Shown here piece by piece: positions 10,267-18,659 of a stretch of 42,163 bases of DNA. Positions within the stretch are counted from its first letter, which is position 1; the number at the start of each line of letters is the position of its first letter. Below the pieces are notes generated by a model. The model was not told where the DNA came from and did no database searches. It saw nothing but the letters and a program-made list of their open reading frames with translations. The DNA comes from a virus (lineage: Duplodnaviria; Caudoviricetes). The stretch is taken from positions 1-42,163 of the IMG/VR virus record IMGVR_UViG_3300032295_001565; one strand, 5' to 3'. The position numbers and the translations under genes are program-made.

Positions 10267-10984
10267 AGTTAAATGATATTGGTAACTCTACGCCCTCCCC
10301 AACATAGTCTTCATTGCTAGGAATATACTTCATATTAATATCAGGTGAGACTTGGTTGTAATATTGACGTAGTGCTCTAGCATCAGGTGCTAATAAAGCA
10401 TTATCAACAAAATCACGAATTGATTTTTGATCACGATCACCATTAACTGAAGTAATTATGTATTTCATTCTTGTAGTTAGATCTGTTGAACTATTTGGAT
10501 TAACTTTTTGTAACCCCTTAATTTCAGCATCTATTTTCTGCTCGTCACCGTGCGTTAACAACTTAAATGTGACTACGTTTTGCGATTTAGGTAATGAAAA
10601 TGAGAACTCGTTTATACCGGCTTTAAATAAAGATTCATCAACTGTTTTTTCACTTAAGTGTGTTAAATCAACAATAGTTTCTACACCATTGTATGTAACT
10701 GAATAATCTTTACCATATCCTAAGATACGAGCAGCAATTAAGATTGCATTTTTATCACCAACTAATAAATCATTATAGTCAATTGGTGTTATAATCATTG
10801 ATTGTAATAACTTATCAATTACAGTACCATTTCTAAGATAATTAGCATTAGTAAGAATATCTTCTTCCTTTGCAGTCATATATTTCATTTCGATTTCACC
10901 TTTAGCAAGTGGTGATTCTTTAGGGTACAATAAACCTTTAGAAGGTAATGTAACTTGTTCGGTTGGAATTTTAAATTCTGCCAT
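10241..10984 (-). CDS. gp26-like baseplate hub assembly protein / tail assembly chaperone
   Basis: LPSKG..Y...MTAKEEDIL...GDKNAILIAARILGYG...FFWP pattern; located between tube and tape measure genes. Confidence 0.8.
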   Translation of the reverse strand: MAEFKIPTEQVTLPSKGLLYPKESPLAKGEIEMKYMTAKEEDILTNANYLRNGTVIDKLLQSMIITPIDYNDLLVGDKNAILIAARILGYGKDYSVTYNGVETIVDLTHLSEKTVDESLFKAGINEFSFSLPKSQNVVTFKLLTHGDEQKIDAEIKGLQKVNPNSSTDLTTRMKYIITSVNGDRDQKSIRDFVDNALLAPDARALRQYYNQVSPDINMKYIPSNEDYVGEGVELPISFNFFWPDAGV

Positions 10985-11006
10985 ATAACGTTTTTATTTG
11001 TGTATA

Positions 11007-11040
11007 TATAAATATACGACAAAGAAAGGCATCTGCCAAA
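11007..11040 (-). promoter_or_regulatory. Promoter TTTG-N20-TATATTTATA
   Basis: ATATTTATA at 11015-11007; TTTG (11040-11037, in the terminator loop) lies 20 nt upstream of TATATTTA. Confidence 0.55.
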
Positions 11041-11052
11041 GCAGACGCCTTT
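11019..11052 (-). terminator. Rho-independent terminator after tail tube gene
   Basis: AAAGGCGTCTGC-TTTG-GCAGATGCCTTT-CTTTG; the single imperfect pair is a G-U wobble on the minus strand. Confidence 0.8.
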
Positions 11053-11076
11053 TCTAAAGAAAATATTGGAAATATT

Positions 11077-11562
11077 TTAGAAGTTCAATACGCAGTAATC
11101 CATAGCGATTGTAACAGACAAGTTAATTGCTGCTTCGTTAGCCCAATCGTATTCACCGAATGTAGCTGTTTTAACGTAAGCACCTTTAACAATCCATTCA
11201 CCAACGATATCGCCTACTGGGCCTAAAATATCTAAAGTTAAATCTTTCTTGTAAAAATCTGAGTAACCATCACGACCCGTTACTGATTCGTGAGCCAAAC
11301 GAGCCCATTCCATTACAGCTTGAGCACCAGATGGTGTTACAGGATCATATAATCCTAAAGTCATGTCATTCCAACGTACTTTACCTTTTACTTTACGGTA
11401 AACGTTGATATGATCTAAAATGATCTCACCAGCTTCAAATCCAGGTGCTGTTGCACTCTTAATTAAGTATGCTGGGATACCATCAATATACATAATGAAA
11501 CGATTCTGAACTTTTGGTTCAAAAGCGGTAAACATTATTTCGTTAGCGTCTAATACTGCCAT
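11077..11562 (-). CDS. gp19: Tail tube protein (T4 gp19-like)
   Basis: 161 aa directly after the sheath; FEPK..NRF...W...LYDP...W.....S.TG..GY...YKKD pattern. Confidence 0.9.
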   Translation of the reverse strand: MAVLDANEIMFTAFEPKVQNRFIMYIDGIPAYLIKSATAPGFEAGEIILDHINVYRKVKGKVRWNDMTLGLYDPVTPSGAQAVMEWARLAHESVTGRDGYSDFYKKDLTLDILGPVGDIVGEWIVKGAYVKTATFGEYDWANEAAINLSVTIAMDYCVLNF

Positions 11563-11587
11563 TTTATGTTAAATTTAATTGCTATTA

Positions 11588-11595
11588 ATAAATAT
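11588..11595 (-). promoter_or_regulatory. Putative late promoter ATATTTAT
   Basis: Motif between the sheath stop and the tube start. Confidence 0.55.
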
Positions 11596-11611
11596 CAGGA
11601 ACCACATCCCC

Positions 11612-13342
11612 TTATGCAGGGAATGTAGCGCCAGTTGGTAATATGTTGTAGTTTAAGATGATAAATTCAGCAGTCTTAGTTGGTTGAATGTAAATTTGAC
11701 CTACTAATTGGTTTCTATCAATTACATCTGGAGTATTGTTCGTATCGTCCATTACTACTTTGTAAGCATATAAACCTTGTCTTTGTACTACTGATTCTAA
11801 GTAAGGGTTAACTTGAGCTAAGAATCTGTTTCTTGTAGCAATTGTATTTTGTTCGAATACTAAGTTGTTACCTACTTGACCGATGAAGTCTTTCAATGCG
11901 ATCAATAAACGACGAACGTTTACTCTATCTAATGATGTAGCTTTACGTTGTAATGTCTTTTGACCAAATACTACAACACCTTCACCAGGGAATGTAGCTA
12001 ATGGGTTAACATTTGCATTGTATAAATTATCACGATCAGCTTGAGATAATTTTCTTTCAGCTCTTAATACTGAAGGAACACCACCACGGTTTAAACCTGC
12101 TGGAGCAAACCATTCAGCACCAACTTGATCGTTGAATGCTAATACACCACCCATAATAGTTGATGCAGGAGACCAAATGTTCTTACCTAAGTTAGAGTTA
12201 AATAATTGAATCCAAGGATAGTATGTAGCAGCATAGTTGCTAGATTGACCAGCAGCTGTGTTTGCAGCAGCTGAAATTGAAGTACCATAGATACCTGAAT
12301 GGATAGGAGCAAAAGCATCGCCTCTAGCTTCAGCAACTGAAATTAATGTTGTAGCAGCGGCGCTATCTAAACCTACAGCTGGAGCTAACAATACGTTGAA
12401 TTTATATTCATCCTTATTTGTTAACAAGTTTAATGCTATGTTATAATCAGATACGCTAAATCCTTCCATGTTAGCTGCAGTCATAGTTTCGTTCATTAAT
12501 TGAACTGTTGTTGTTGCAGCAACACCACCTGCAAATGAACCACCATAAGAACCACTACCTAAAGCTGGTAAAGAACCGCTATATGTAGCTGCTTTGAAAT
12601 TACCGTTATTATCGATAGAATCTACTTGTGGAGTTGTAACAGATGATACACGCACATATTGAGAAGCATTAGCATAAGATCCTGTAATTGCTACGAATGC
12701 ATTATTATCACTATCTACAGCATATACTGGCTTTGAATCACCAATTATACGAGAGATATAGTTAGGTAAAGCTGGATCTAATGATAAGTTAGCCCATGTT
12801 TCAATATAATTCTGTTGAGAATTATTATCGTCACCACGACGAATAGCGACACTAAATGTACCACTACCAGTGTTTACATTTGTAACTTCCCAACGAACGT
12901 TAGTTGCAGTACCATTTGACAAAGCGCCATTTGATAAGCTACCTGTATTGTTCATGATATTACCCCAAGCTAATGTTTCAAGTTGGAATGAAGACGTTGC
13001 AGGGCCGTTATTTACAAAAGCAGTTACATTTGCTGTAGCATATGTTTGTGCATTTGTTGAACCGCTAACAACGCGAGTTACTAACAATGTGTTACCACCG
13101 TTTTGGAAAAACTCTCTGGCAGCAATAGAAGTTAAATACTCATAGTAATAGCTACCACTTTTGAAAGTAGAGCCGAATTTTGATAAGAATTCAGAATAAG
13201 AAGTTACGTAGGTAGGAACAAAAGGACGACCTAATACTGTAGGACCTACAATAGCTGTCGCAGTACCCTCGATACCTCTCTCCACTAAACTTTGATCTGA
13301 TTCGTTCTGGAATACACCAGGAGAAATGATTTTTTCGCTCAT
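11612..13342 (-). CDS. gp18: Contractile tail sheath protein (T4 gp18-like)
   Basis: N-terminal SPGV..E.D; C-terminal WFAPAG.NRG, NP.ATFPG.G.VVFGQKT, LDRVNVRRL, IYIQPTKTAEFI. Confidence 0.95.
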   Translation of the reverse strand: MSEKIISPGVFQNESDQSLVERGIEGTATAIVGPTVLGRPFVPTYVTSYSEFLSKFGSTFKSGSYYYEYLTSIAAREFFQNGGNTLLVTRVVSGSTNAQTYATANVTAFVNNGPATSSFQLETLAWGNIMNNTGSLSNGALSNGTATNVRWEVTNVNTGSGTFSVAIRRGDDNNSQQNYIETWANLSLDPALPNYISRIIGDSKPVYAVDSDNNAFVAITGSYANASQYVRVSSVTTPQVDSIDNNGNFKAATYSGSLPALGSGSYGGSFAGGVAATTTVQLMNETMTAANMEGFSVSDYNIALNLLTNKDEYKFNVLLAPAVGLDSAAATTLISVAEARGDAFAPIHSGIYGTSISAAANTAAGQSSNYAATYYPWIQLFNSNLGKNIWSPASTIMGGVLAFNDQVGAEWFAPAGLNRGGVPSVLRAERKLSQADRDNLYNANVNPLATFPGEGVVVFGQKTLQRKATSLDRVNVRRLLIALKDFIGQVGNNLVFEQNTIATRNRFLAQVNPYLESVVQRQGLYAYKVVMDDTNNTPDVIDRNQLVGQIYIQPTKTAEFIILNYNILPTGATFPA

Positions 13343-13384
13343 TTTTTATGTTATTTTTGGAATTTTAATAGGATTGACCTAATA

Positions 13385-13392
13385 ATAAATAT
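13385..13392 (-). promoter_or_regulatory. Putative late promoter ATATTTAT
   Basis: Motif about 42 nt upstream of the sheath ATG; a TTTG lies 19 nt upstream of GATATTTA. Confidence 0.55.
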
Positions 13393-13416
13393 CCAAAAAC
13401 CACCATAAAACGCAAA

Positions 13417-13686
13417 TTACTGTTGAACAGGGGTAATATCTCCAGTTTCAGGATTTATTGCGCCGTTTCCGTATTTTTCTTGCAGTGATTTGACTAGTTC
13501 CGTTTCTTTCTGTTCAATTGTTTTTAAATCAGATACTAAACCTTTTTTCTCTTCTTGTAATTTTTCAATTGATTCATGAAATGTTAAAATTTGCGTCTCA
13601 GCAACACCCATTTCAAATACGATTTGGTTGTACTTTGATTGTAAATCTTTAACGGACTGTAATTCTTCAGGAGTTAATTGTGCCAT
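13417..13686 (-). CDS. Small coiled-coil hypothetical protein
   Basis: 89 aa, heptad-rich, ends L.EKYG.G.INPETG.I, immediately upstream of the sheath gene. Confidence 0.75.
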   Translation of the reverse strand: MAQLTPEELQSVKDLQSKYNQIVFEMGVAETQILTFHESIEKLQEEKKGLVSDLKTIEQKETELVKSLQEKYGNGAINPETGDITPVQQ

Positions 13687-13700
13687 AACGTTTATTTATT

Positions 13701-13934
13701 TTATTGTAACCATTTTTTACTAGGACATGCATTAGGTCCTGCAGGGCTAAACACTTTTTTTCCAAGTGGACACCCACACAAACCGCATGTATCTACATTT
13801 AATATTTTGATGAAATCTCTATGTTCACAACTATCGCATACATTCATGCGTTGTTCAGCTAACAGTTTTTGTTCAGGCGTGGGATTTTCTGCACGAACCC
13901 ACGCCTGAAATATTTCTGTAAGTTTATTCATCAA
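13701..13934 (-). CDS. Small Cys-rich, probable metal-binding protein
   Basis: R..VCDSC...CGLCGCPL.KK...CP..KW; overlaps the upstream stop. Confidence 0.75.
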   Translation of the reverse strand: MMNKLTEIFQAWVRAENPTPEQKLLAEQRMNVCDSCEHRDFIKILNVDTCGLCGCPLGKKVFSPAGPNACPSKKWLQ

Positions 13935-14385
13935 CTTTTATTAGTTTGAAGAATATAGGATAGTTGTCAGCTGACTCTATACTTTCTAATTCTTCAAGTT
14001 TAAAACCTTTGTGCTCAATTTCGCGAGTTTCTTCTAACAATGCATTGAATTCATCCTGGAACTCATTCATTTTAGGGTTATATTCTTGCGAAACAGTATT
14101 ACCTTCTTCATCTTTAACTATGTTGATGTAAAAAGGAATACTAATATTACCTTGTTCATCAGTTTCACCATATTTTTTAATTAAATCGTTTTTAACTAAT
14201 TCAATGGCTTCTTTTTCAACAATTGTTTTTTTAGACAAATCGGTTAACCAATACTTAGTTGTAAGTTTAACTTTTTCACTTAATAAACCTTTAGATAATT
14301 TTTCACCTGTTGATGGATTAACTATACCATTCAATTCAGCATCTAATTGGTAGAATTCAGATAGCTTTAAAGTGATTTTTTCCAT
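13924..14385 (-). CDS. Acidic hypothetical protein
   Basis: 153-aa ORF 3 nt after the upstream gene. Confidence 0.75.
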   Translation of the reverse strand: MEKITLKLSEFYQLDAELNGIVNPSTGEKLSKGLLSEKVKLTTKYWLTDLSKKTIVEKEAIELVKNDLIKKYGETDEQGNISIPFYINIVKDEEGNTVSQEYNPKMNEFQDEFNALLEETREIEHKGFKLEELESIESADNYPIFFKLIKVDE

Positions 14386-14388
14386 AAA

Positions 14389-14649
14389 TTACTTCTTAGT
14401 TTTTTTAGGAGCGTTTGTTTTTGCTTTTGGAGCTGTTGGTTTTGCTTTTGGAGATTTTGAAGATTTAGTTACTTTAGCAACTACTTCTTTAACATCAGCA
14501 ACAACTTCTTTAACAGCCTCTACTTTATTTTCGATAGCATCAGGAATATTGTTGTTGTTTGCGTCTGCAACCTTACCGGTTTTCATTGCGATGAATGTAG
14601 CGATAGCACCGATAGCCAATACTAATACTACGATAGCGAATGTACTCAT
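14389..14649 (-). CDS. Small membrane-anchored protein
   Basis: N-terminal hydrophobic helix, DANNNNIPD motif, amphipathic repeat and Lys/Pro-rich tail. Confidence 0.75.
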   Translation of the reverse strand: MSTFAIVVLVLAIGAIATFIAMKTGKVADANNNNIPDAIENKVEAVKEVVADVKEVVAKVTKSSKSPKAKPTAPKAKTNAPKKTKK

Positions 14650-14674
14650 ATTTTTGTTTTATTTGTTTACTGTA

Positions 14675-14708
14675 TATAAATATATAACAGAGATAGGAGA
14701 CAACCAAA
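14675..14708 (-). promoter_or_regulatory. Promoter TTTG-N20-TATATTTATA
   Basis: TTTG at 14708-14705, 20-nt spacer, then TATATTTATA ending at 14675. Confidence 0.6.
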
Positions 14709-14714
14709 TTTTTA

Positions 14715-14909
14715 TTAATAAGTTACTCCAACTTCTTGTTGAGATGCTTTATATTGGCGTCCAGTTGTGTCTGCTGCTTGTAATTCTAATGCTTTAGCTT
14801 CACATTCCTCATATGTGTCGAATTCATAAATTGGGTCTGTTGGTTGTAAACGAGCTACCCATATTTGGTCAAGACCAGGAATGAATTGCATTAATACTAT
14901 ATATTTCAT
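14715..14909 (-). CDS. Small hypothetical protein
   Basis: 64-aa ORF tightly packed after 14915..15232. Confidence 0.65.
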   Translation of the reverse strand: MKYIVLMQFIPGLDQIWVARLQPTDPIYEFDTYEECEAKALELQAADTTGRQYKASQQEVGVTY

Positions 14910-14914
14910 ATTAT

Positions 14915-15232
14915 TTAATTTTCAAAAGGTAACGGAAGACTTATAGTTGGAAATAAAGCTTCATCTATTTCTTCAGATAATAAATTTTTAACTATATCAA
15001 AATTAATTGATCCTGACAACCAGCTTATTACTTGATCTTTAGAAAGATTTTCAAAAGCAGTAAAATCAGTTTCAGAAGCTGCTGGTAAAGTATAGCTACC
15101 TGCTTTTTGATAGTATTTACCTTCATGTAGACAATCTACTTTCCAATGAGCTTTTTTTATCACATTGGTTAAACCATCTTTAGATGGGATCACATCGAAA
15201 TGTGTTATTAAAATGTTAAATGTTTTTTCCAT
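14915..15232 (-). CDS. Fibre-associated small protein (possible fibre chaperone)
   Basis: VIK.AHW...F.AFENLSKDQVISWL...LPF pattern, which I recall following fibre genes in aquatic phages. Confidence 0.55.
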   Translation of the reverse strand: MEKTFNILITHFDVIPSKDGLTNVIKKAHWKVDCLHEGKYYQKAGSYTLPAASETDFTAFENLSKDQVISWLSGSINFDIVKNLLSEEIDEALFPTISLPLPFEN

Positions 15233-15264
15233 TATTTTATTTTTATTTAGTTTTTAAATTTTTA

Positions 15265-16143
15265 TTAGTTCATTCTGTTTAATTTGATTATTCTTGCATT
15301 GTTATTACTCTGTGATGAGCCTGCTGTATTTGTAAAGGTAACAGTGTAAACACCTGCATTTGTAGCTGATACACTAATTGAAATACCATTTGATGTAATA
15401 TTAGCATAATTAGTTCTATTCATACCACCATCAGAAGCAAAATGTATTATCCCTGTTGCCCATGCTTGAATATTTACACCACCTGGTGCATAGAATCCTA
15501 CACAATCAACCATATAAGATGTTCCAAATTCATATAGTATTTGATTAATTGTCATTGACCAAGAAGCACCTGCACTCACATCTCCACCATATCCAAAAAA
15601 TGAACTAACTAAATTACCTCTTAAATCTAAAGTTCCATTTCTTGTATTTCCTTGCAATCTCATTACACTATTTGTACCTGCAGAAAATTCAAAATCATTG
15701 ACAGCTGAAGCATAAAAACTAGTGCTTTGAGTTCCTATTTCTCCTTGAAGTGTAGTATTATTATACCAAGTTGCCCTTGCAGCACTTGCAGCATCTGATT
15801 GGATTGATAATTGACCTCTGTTTGAGGTATTAGAACCAGAAACATGCAAAAATGTGCTCGGAGTTGTTCCTGTTCCTACTCCAACAAATCCACTACCACT
15901 AATAAATAATCCATTTGGATTAACTCTAACACTACCACTTATAATGTGGGAATCAGTTAAAGCATTTCCTAAATTTACTCCATTTGTATTTACTTGAAAT
16001 TCATTTCCATTGCTGTTTACTACTGATAGTGAGCCTGTTACAAAGGCACTGCCCGTAAAATTGGTATTACCTATAATAGTATTAGGTGTACTACCACTTA
16101 CTACCATAGATCCTGTTATATTTAAATTCTGTAGTAATTTCAT
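15265..16143 (-). CDS. Short fibre / receptor-binding-like protein
   Basis: 292 aa; TGS/SGS-rich N-terminus, G.VGVGT.TPST.LHV.G fibre repeat, distinct C-terminal domain. Confidence 0.7.
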   Translation of the reverse strand: MKLLQNLNITGSMVVSGSTPNTIIGNTNFTGSAFVTGSLSVVNSNGNEFQVNTNGVNLGNALTDSHIISGSVRVNPNGLFISGSGFVGVGTGTTPSTFLHVSGSNTSNRGQLSIQSDAASAARATWYNNTTLQGEIGTQSTSFYASAVNDFEFSAGTNSVMRLQGNTRNGTLDLRGNLVSSFFGYGGDVSAGASWSMTINQILYEFGTSYMVDCVGFYAPGGVNIQAWATGIIHFASDGGMNRTNYANITSNGISISVSATNAGVYTVTFTNTAGSSQSNNNARIIKLNRMN

Positions 16144-16515
16144 TTAGTTATTTTTTGATATTATTTCTTCCAAAGTAGCTACTAAATCCCATACTTGGTT
16201 TTCTTCATTCCAACTATATACATTTTCACGAGAAGGTTCAGATACAGGCGCCTGCCAAGTACATGTTTCTTCATCTAATATCCAAGAAGGATATGGTTTA
16301 GGTGCTATAAAAGCATCTCTTTCAGAATCATAAGTATAACCTACACTAGCATAATTCTTTCTTAAAGGAGTACCACCTAATAAATGTTGTCCTCCTCTAG
16401 TATTATATGATGTTTGAATCCATTGAGATGGATTTTCTAAAATATCAATATAATCTTGCCCTGCTACAATAACTTCTGTAACTATTCCTTCTTCTATTTT
16501 TGCAAAATGTGCCAT
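16144..16515 (-). CDS. Conserved partner of Gly-rich fibre protein
   Basis: MAHFAK...WIQTSYNT...RKNYA..GY.YD..RDAFI.PKPY.SW.LDE.TC.W.AP pattern, usually adjacent to Gly-rich fibre genes. Confidence 0.7.
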   Translation of the reverse strand: MAHFAKIEEGIVTEVIVAGQDYIDILENPSQWIQTSYNTRGGQHLLGGTPLRKNYASVGYTYDSERDAFIAPKPYPSWILDEETCTWQAPVSEPSRENVYSWNEENQVWDLVATLEEIISKNN

Positions 16516-16520
16516 ATGCT

Positions 16521-17414
16521 TTATGCTTTATATCTTATAATTATTACACCTGATCCACCATTACCACCTATAGCAAAGTTAAAACCTGCTCCACCTCCAC
16601 CTCCGCCTGTGTTTGCTGTTCCGTTTCCTCCTCCTGAGTTACTATAGGTTGAGCCATTATAATATCCACTATTTCCCCCTCCATCAGTTCCAGTATTTCC
16701 AGGGTTAGAAAAAGAACCTCCTCCACCACCACCTGCAATTCTTGAGGCTAAATTAAATATTAATATTCCTGTTCCACCTGTCATATTACCAGAACCTACA
16801 GTTCCGGCTCCTCCACCTCCACCACCAACACCATTAGGTGTACCACCAGCATTTCCATAAGGTACTCCACCACCTAAATATTTAATAGAGGCTCCACCAA
16901 CACCTGTTTGGCTACCACCACCACCACCTGATCCACCTGGTAGTCCAACATTAGCAGCAGTTCCTGGATTATCCCCATTTGCTGTACCTCCACCTCCACC
17001 ACCTAAAGCTGTAATAGTATCAAAAACTGAATTTGATCCATTTGCCCCTGGTGCTGTTCCTCCTGATCCTCCTGCTCCTACTGTTACAGTATAAGAACCA
17101 GAAGTTATTAAATAAGCAGGATGATATACAACTCCTCCACCACCACCAGCTCCTGAATAGTAAGCCGCACCATTTCCCGCTCCTGATCCTGCACCACCAC
17201 CAGCAACAACTGCAACTTCAACAGTTCCTGTACCCGAAGTAACAGCAAAAACACTGCTAGAGTTATAAGTATGGTATTTGTATCCACCAGAAGTTGTAAT
17301 AGTACCTCCTGATGCTGTTATAGGAGATAAGCCATTTATAGTTAAAGGGCTTGTAAATCTACTTGCACCGGTTACATCTAACGAACCTGATACTATTGGG
17401 GAATCTATAATCAT
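16521..17414 (-). CDS. Glycine-rich domain fibre-tip/adhesin protein
   Basis: VVAGGGAG...GGGGGG...TVTVGAGG...ANTGGGGGG...GGSGVIIIRY polyglycine domain. Confidence 0.75.
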   Translation of the reverse strand: MIIDSPIVSGSLDVTGASRFTSPLTINGLSPITASGGTITTSGGYKYHTYNSSSVFAVTSGTGTVEVAVVAGGGAGSGAGNGAAYYSGAGGGGGVVYHPAYLITSGSYTVTVGAGGSGGTAPGANGSNSVFDTITALGGGGGGTANGDNPGTAANVGLPGGSGGGGGSQTGVGGASIKYLGGGVPYGNAGGTPNGVGGGGGGAGTVGSGNMTGGTGILIFNLASRIAGGGGGGSFSNPGNTGTDGGGNSGYYNGSTYSNSGGGNGTANTGGGGGGAGFNFAIGGNGGSGVIIIRYKA

Positions 17415-17415
17415 T

Positions 17416-18642
17416 TTATTTATTTTTTAAGTCGTCTATTTCTGCTTTGAGTTCTTTAACCGCATTTATTAAAGTAACTATAATTGCATTATAATTTAAT
17501 CCAATAAATTTGTCATTTTCTTCGTATGCAAGGGGAATTAATTCTTTAACCTCTTGAGCTACTAAACCCACTTGCTTTTCATCTCCATCTTGTTGGAAAT
17601 CCATGTTGTATAGTTTAGGTTGAAGACCTAATATAGCATTTAACCCAACAGGATATGTTTCAAAGTTTCTTTTTCTTTTTATGTCAGAAGCAGCTGCCCA
17701 AACACCTGATGAGTTTAAAAGCACATATCCACCATTGTTAGAATATGCATATAATGCTGATGAAAAACCACCCATATATGCGTGAGTTGTGCCTTGATAT
17801 TGAAATGCCAATTGGAGATTATTGTCAGGTGAATTTACTACTACAGTATTTCCATTTTGTTGTAATTTAAGTACAACATGTGGATTTCCCCCATTAAACA
17901 CATCAAAATTAATTCCGTTTGAAGTATCCATTCTCATTTGTGCATTACCCCCTGCAAAAACCAAAATACCATTACCACTACCTGGAGCTACAGTATTAGT
18001 ATTTGCCCTTGTAAATTGAAGTCCTGAAGCTGCAAAACTATAAGCTTGCATAGTAAAAGCAGTATTAGCTATTATTGCCCCATCATTTCTTACTAAAAAT
18101 AAATTATTATTTGATGCATTATTTGCAACAAAAGCATAATTTGAACTTGTATTATCCTTGCCAGTAACAGTTAATCTTGTAGATGAAAATGCAGTATTAC
18201 CTATACCTACATCTCCACCACTTGTTAAAACCATTGCTGACGCACCTGAAGAGTTTTGCCAAGCAAAATCAGTAGCTCTATATGCAGCAGATATATTTGT
18301 ATCTTGAGCATCATTTAAATAATTAATTCTTAAAGTAGTTGAATTTACTTGAAATAAAGCATTATACCCACTTGAAGGTCTTATTGTAACATTATCAGTA
18401 AATATTGCACTTCCACTTACACCCATTGATCCAGTAAACTGATGGGTATTACTTGAAATTGATCCAAATTTAGTGCTACCTGTAATGAAACTAACACTTG
18501 ATGTAACTGTTTGTACAATTAATGTTTGTGCAGTAATATTGCCTGTTGTAGTTATTGATCCACTTATGGCCAAACTACCAGATAATACAGAATTACCTGT
18601 AACTGCTAATGAGCCTGTGACGATTGCGTTATTAATTAACAT
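17416..18642 (-). CDS. Tail fibre with C-terminal intramolecular chaperone (Peptidase_S74-like)
   Basis: ASD.K.K.N...GL.AQEV...P...LNY..I...LI.AVKEL followed by a terminal coiled coil. Confidence 0.85.
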   Translation of the reverse strand: MLINNAIVTGSLAVTGNSVLSGSLAISGSITTTGNITAQTLIVQTVTSSVSFITGSTKFGSISSNTHQFTGSMGVSGSAIFTDNVTIRPSSGYNALFQVNSTTLRINYLNDAQDTNISAAYRATDFAWQNSSGASAMVLTSGGDVGIGNTAFSSTRLTVTGKDNTSSNYAFVANNASNNNLFLVRNDGAIIANTAFTMQAYSFAASGLQFTRANTNTVAPGSGNGILVFAGGNAQMRMDTSNGINFDVFNGGNPHVVLKLQQNGNTVVVNSPDNNLQLAFQYQGTTHAYMGGFSSALYAYSNNGGYVLLNSSGVWAAASDIKRKRNFETYPVGLNAILGLQPKLYNMDFQQDGDEKQVGLVAQEVKELIPLAYEENDKFIGLNYNAIIVTLINAVKELKAEIDDLKNK

Positions 18643-18650
18643 AAGTTATA

Positions 18651-18659
18651 TATAAATAT
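18651..18659 (-). promoter_or_regulatory. Putative late promoter ATATTTATA
   Basis: Motif overlaps the upstream stop and ends only 8 nt before the ATG at 18642. Confidence 0.5.
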
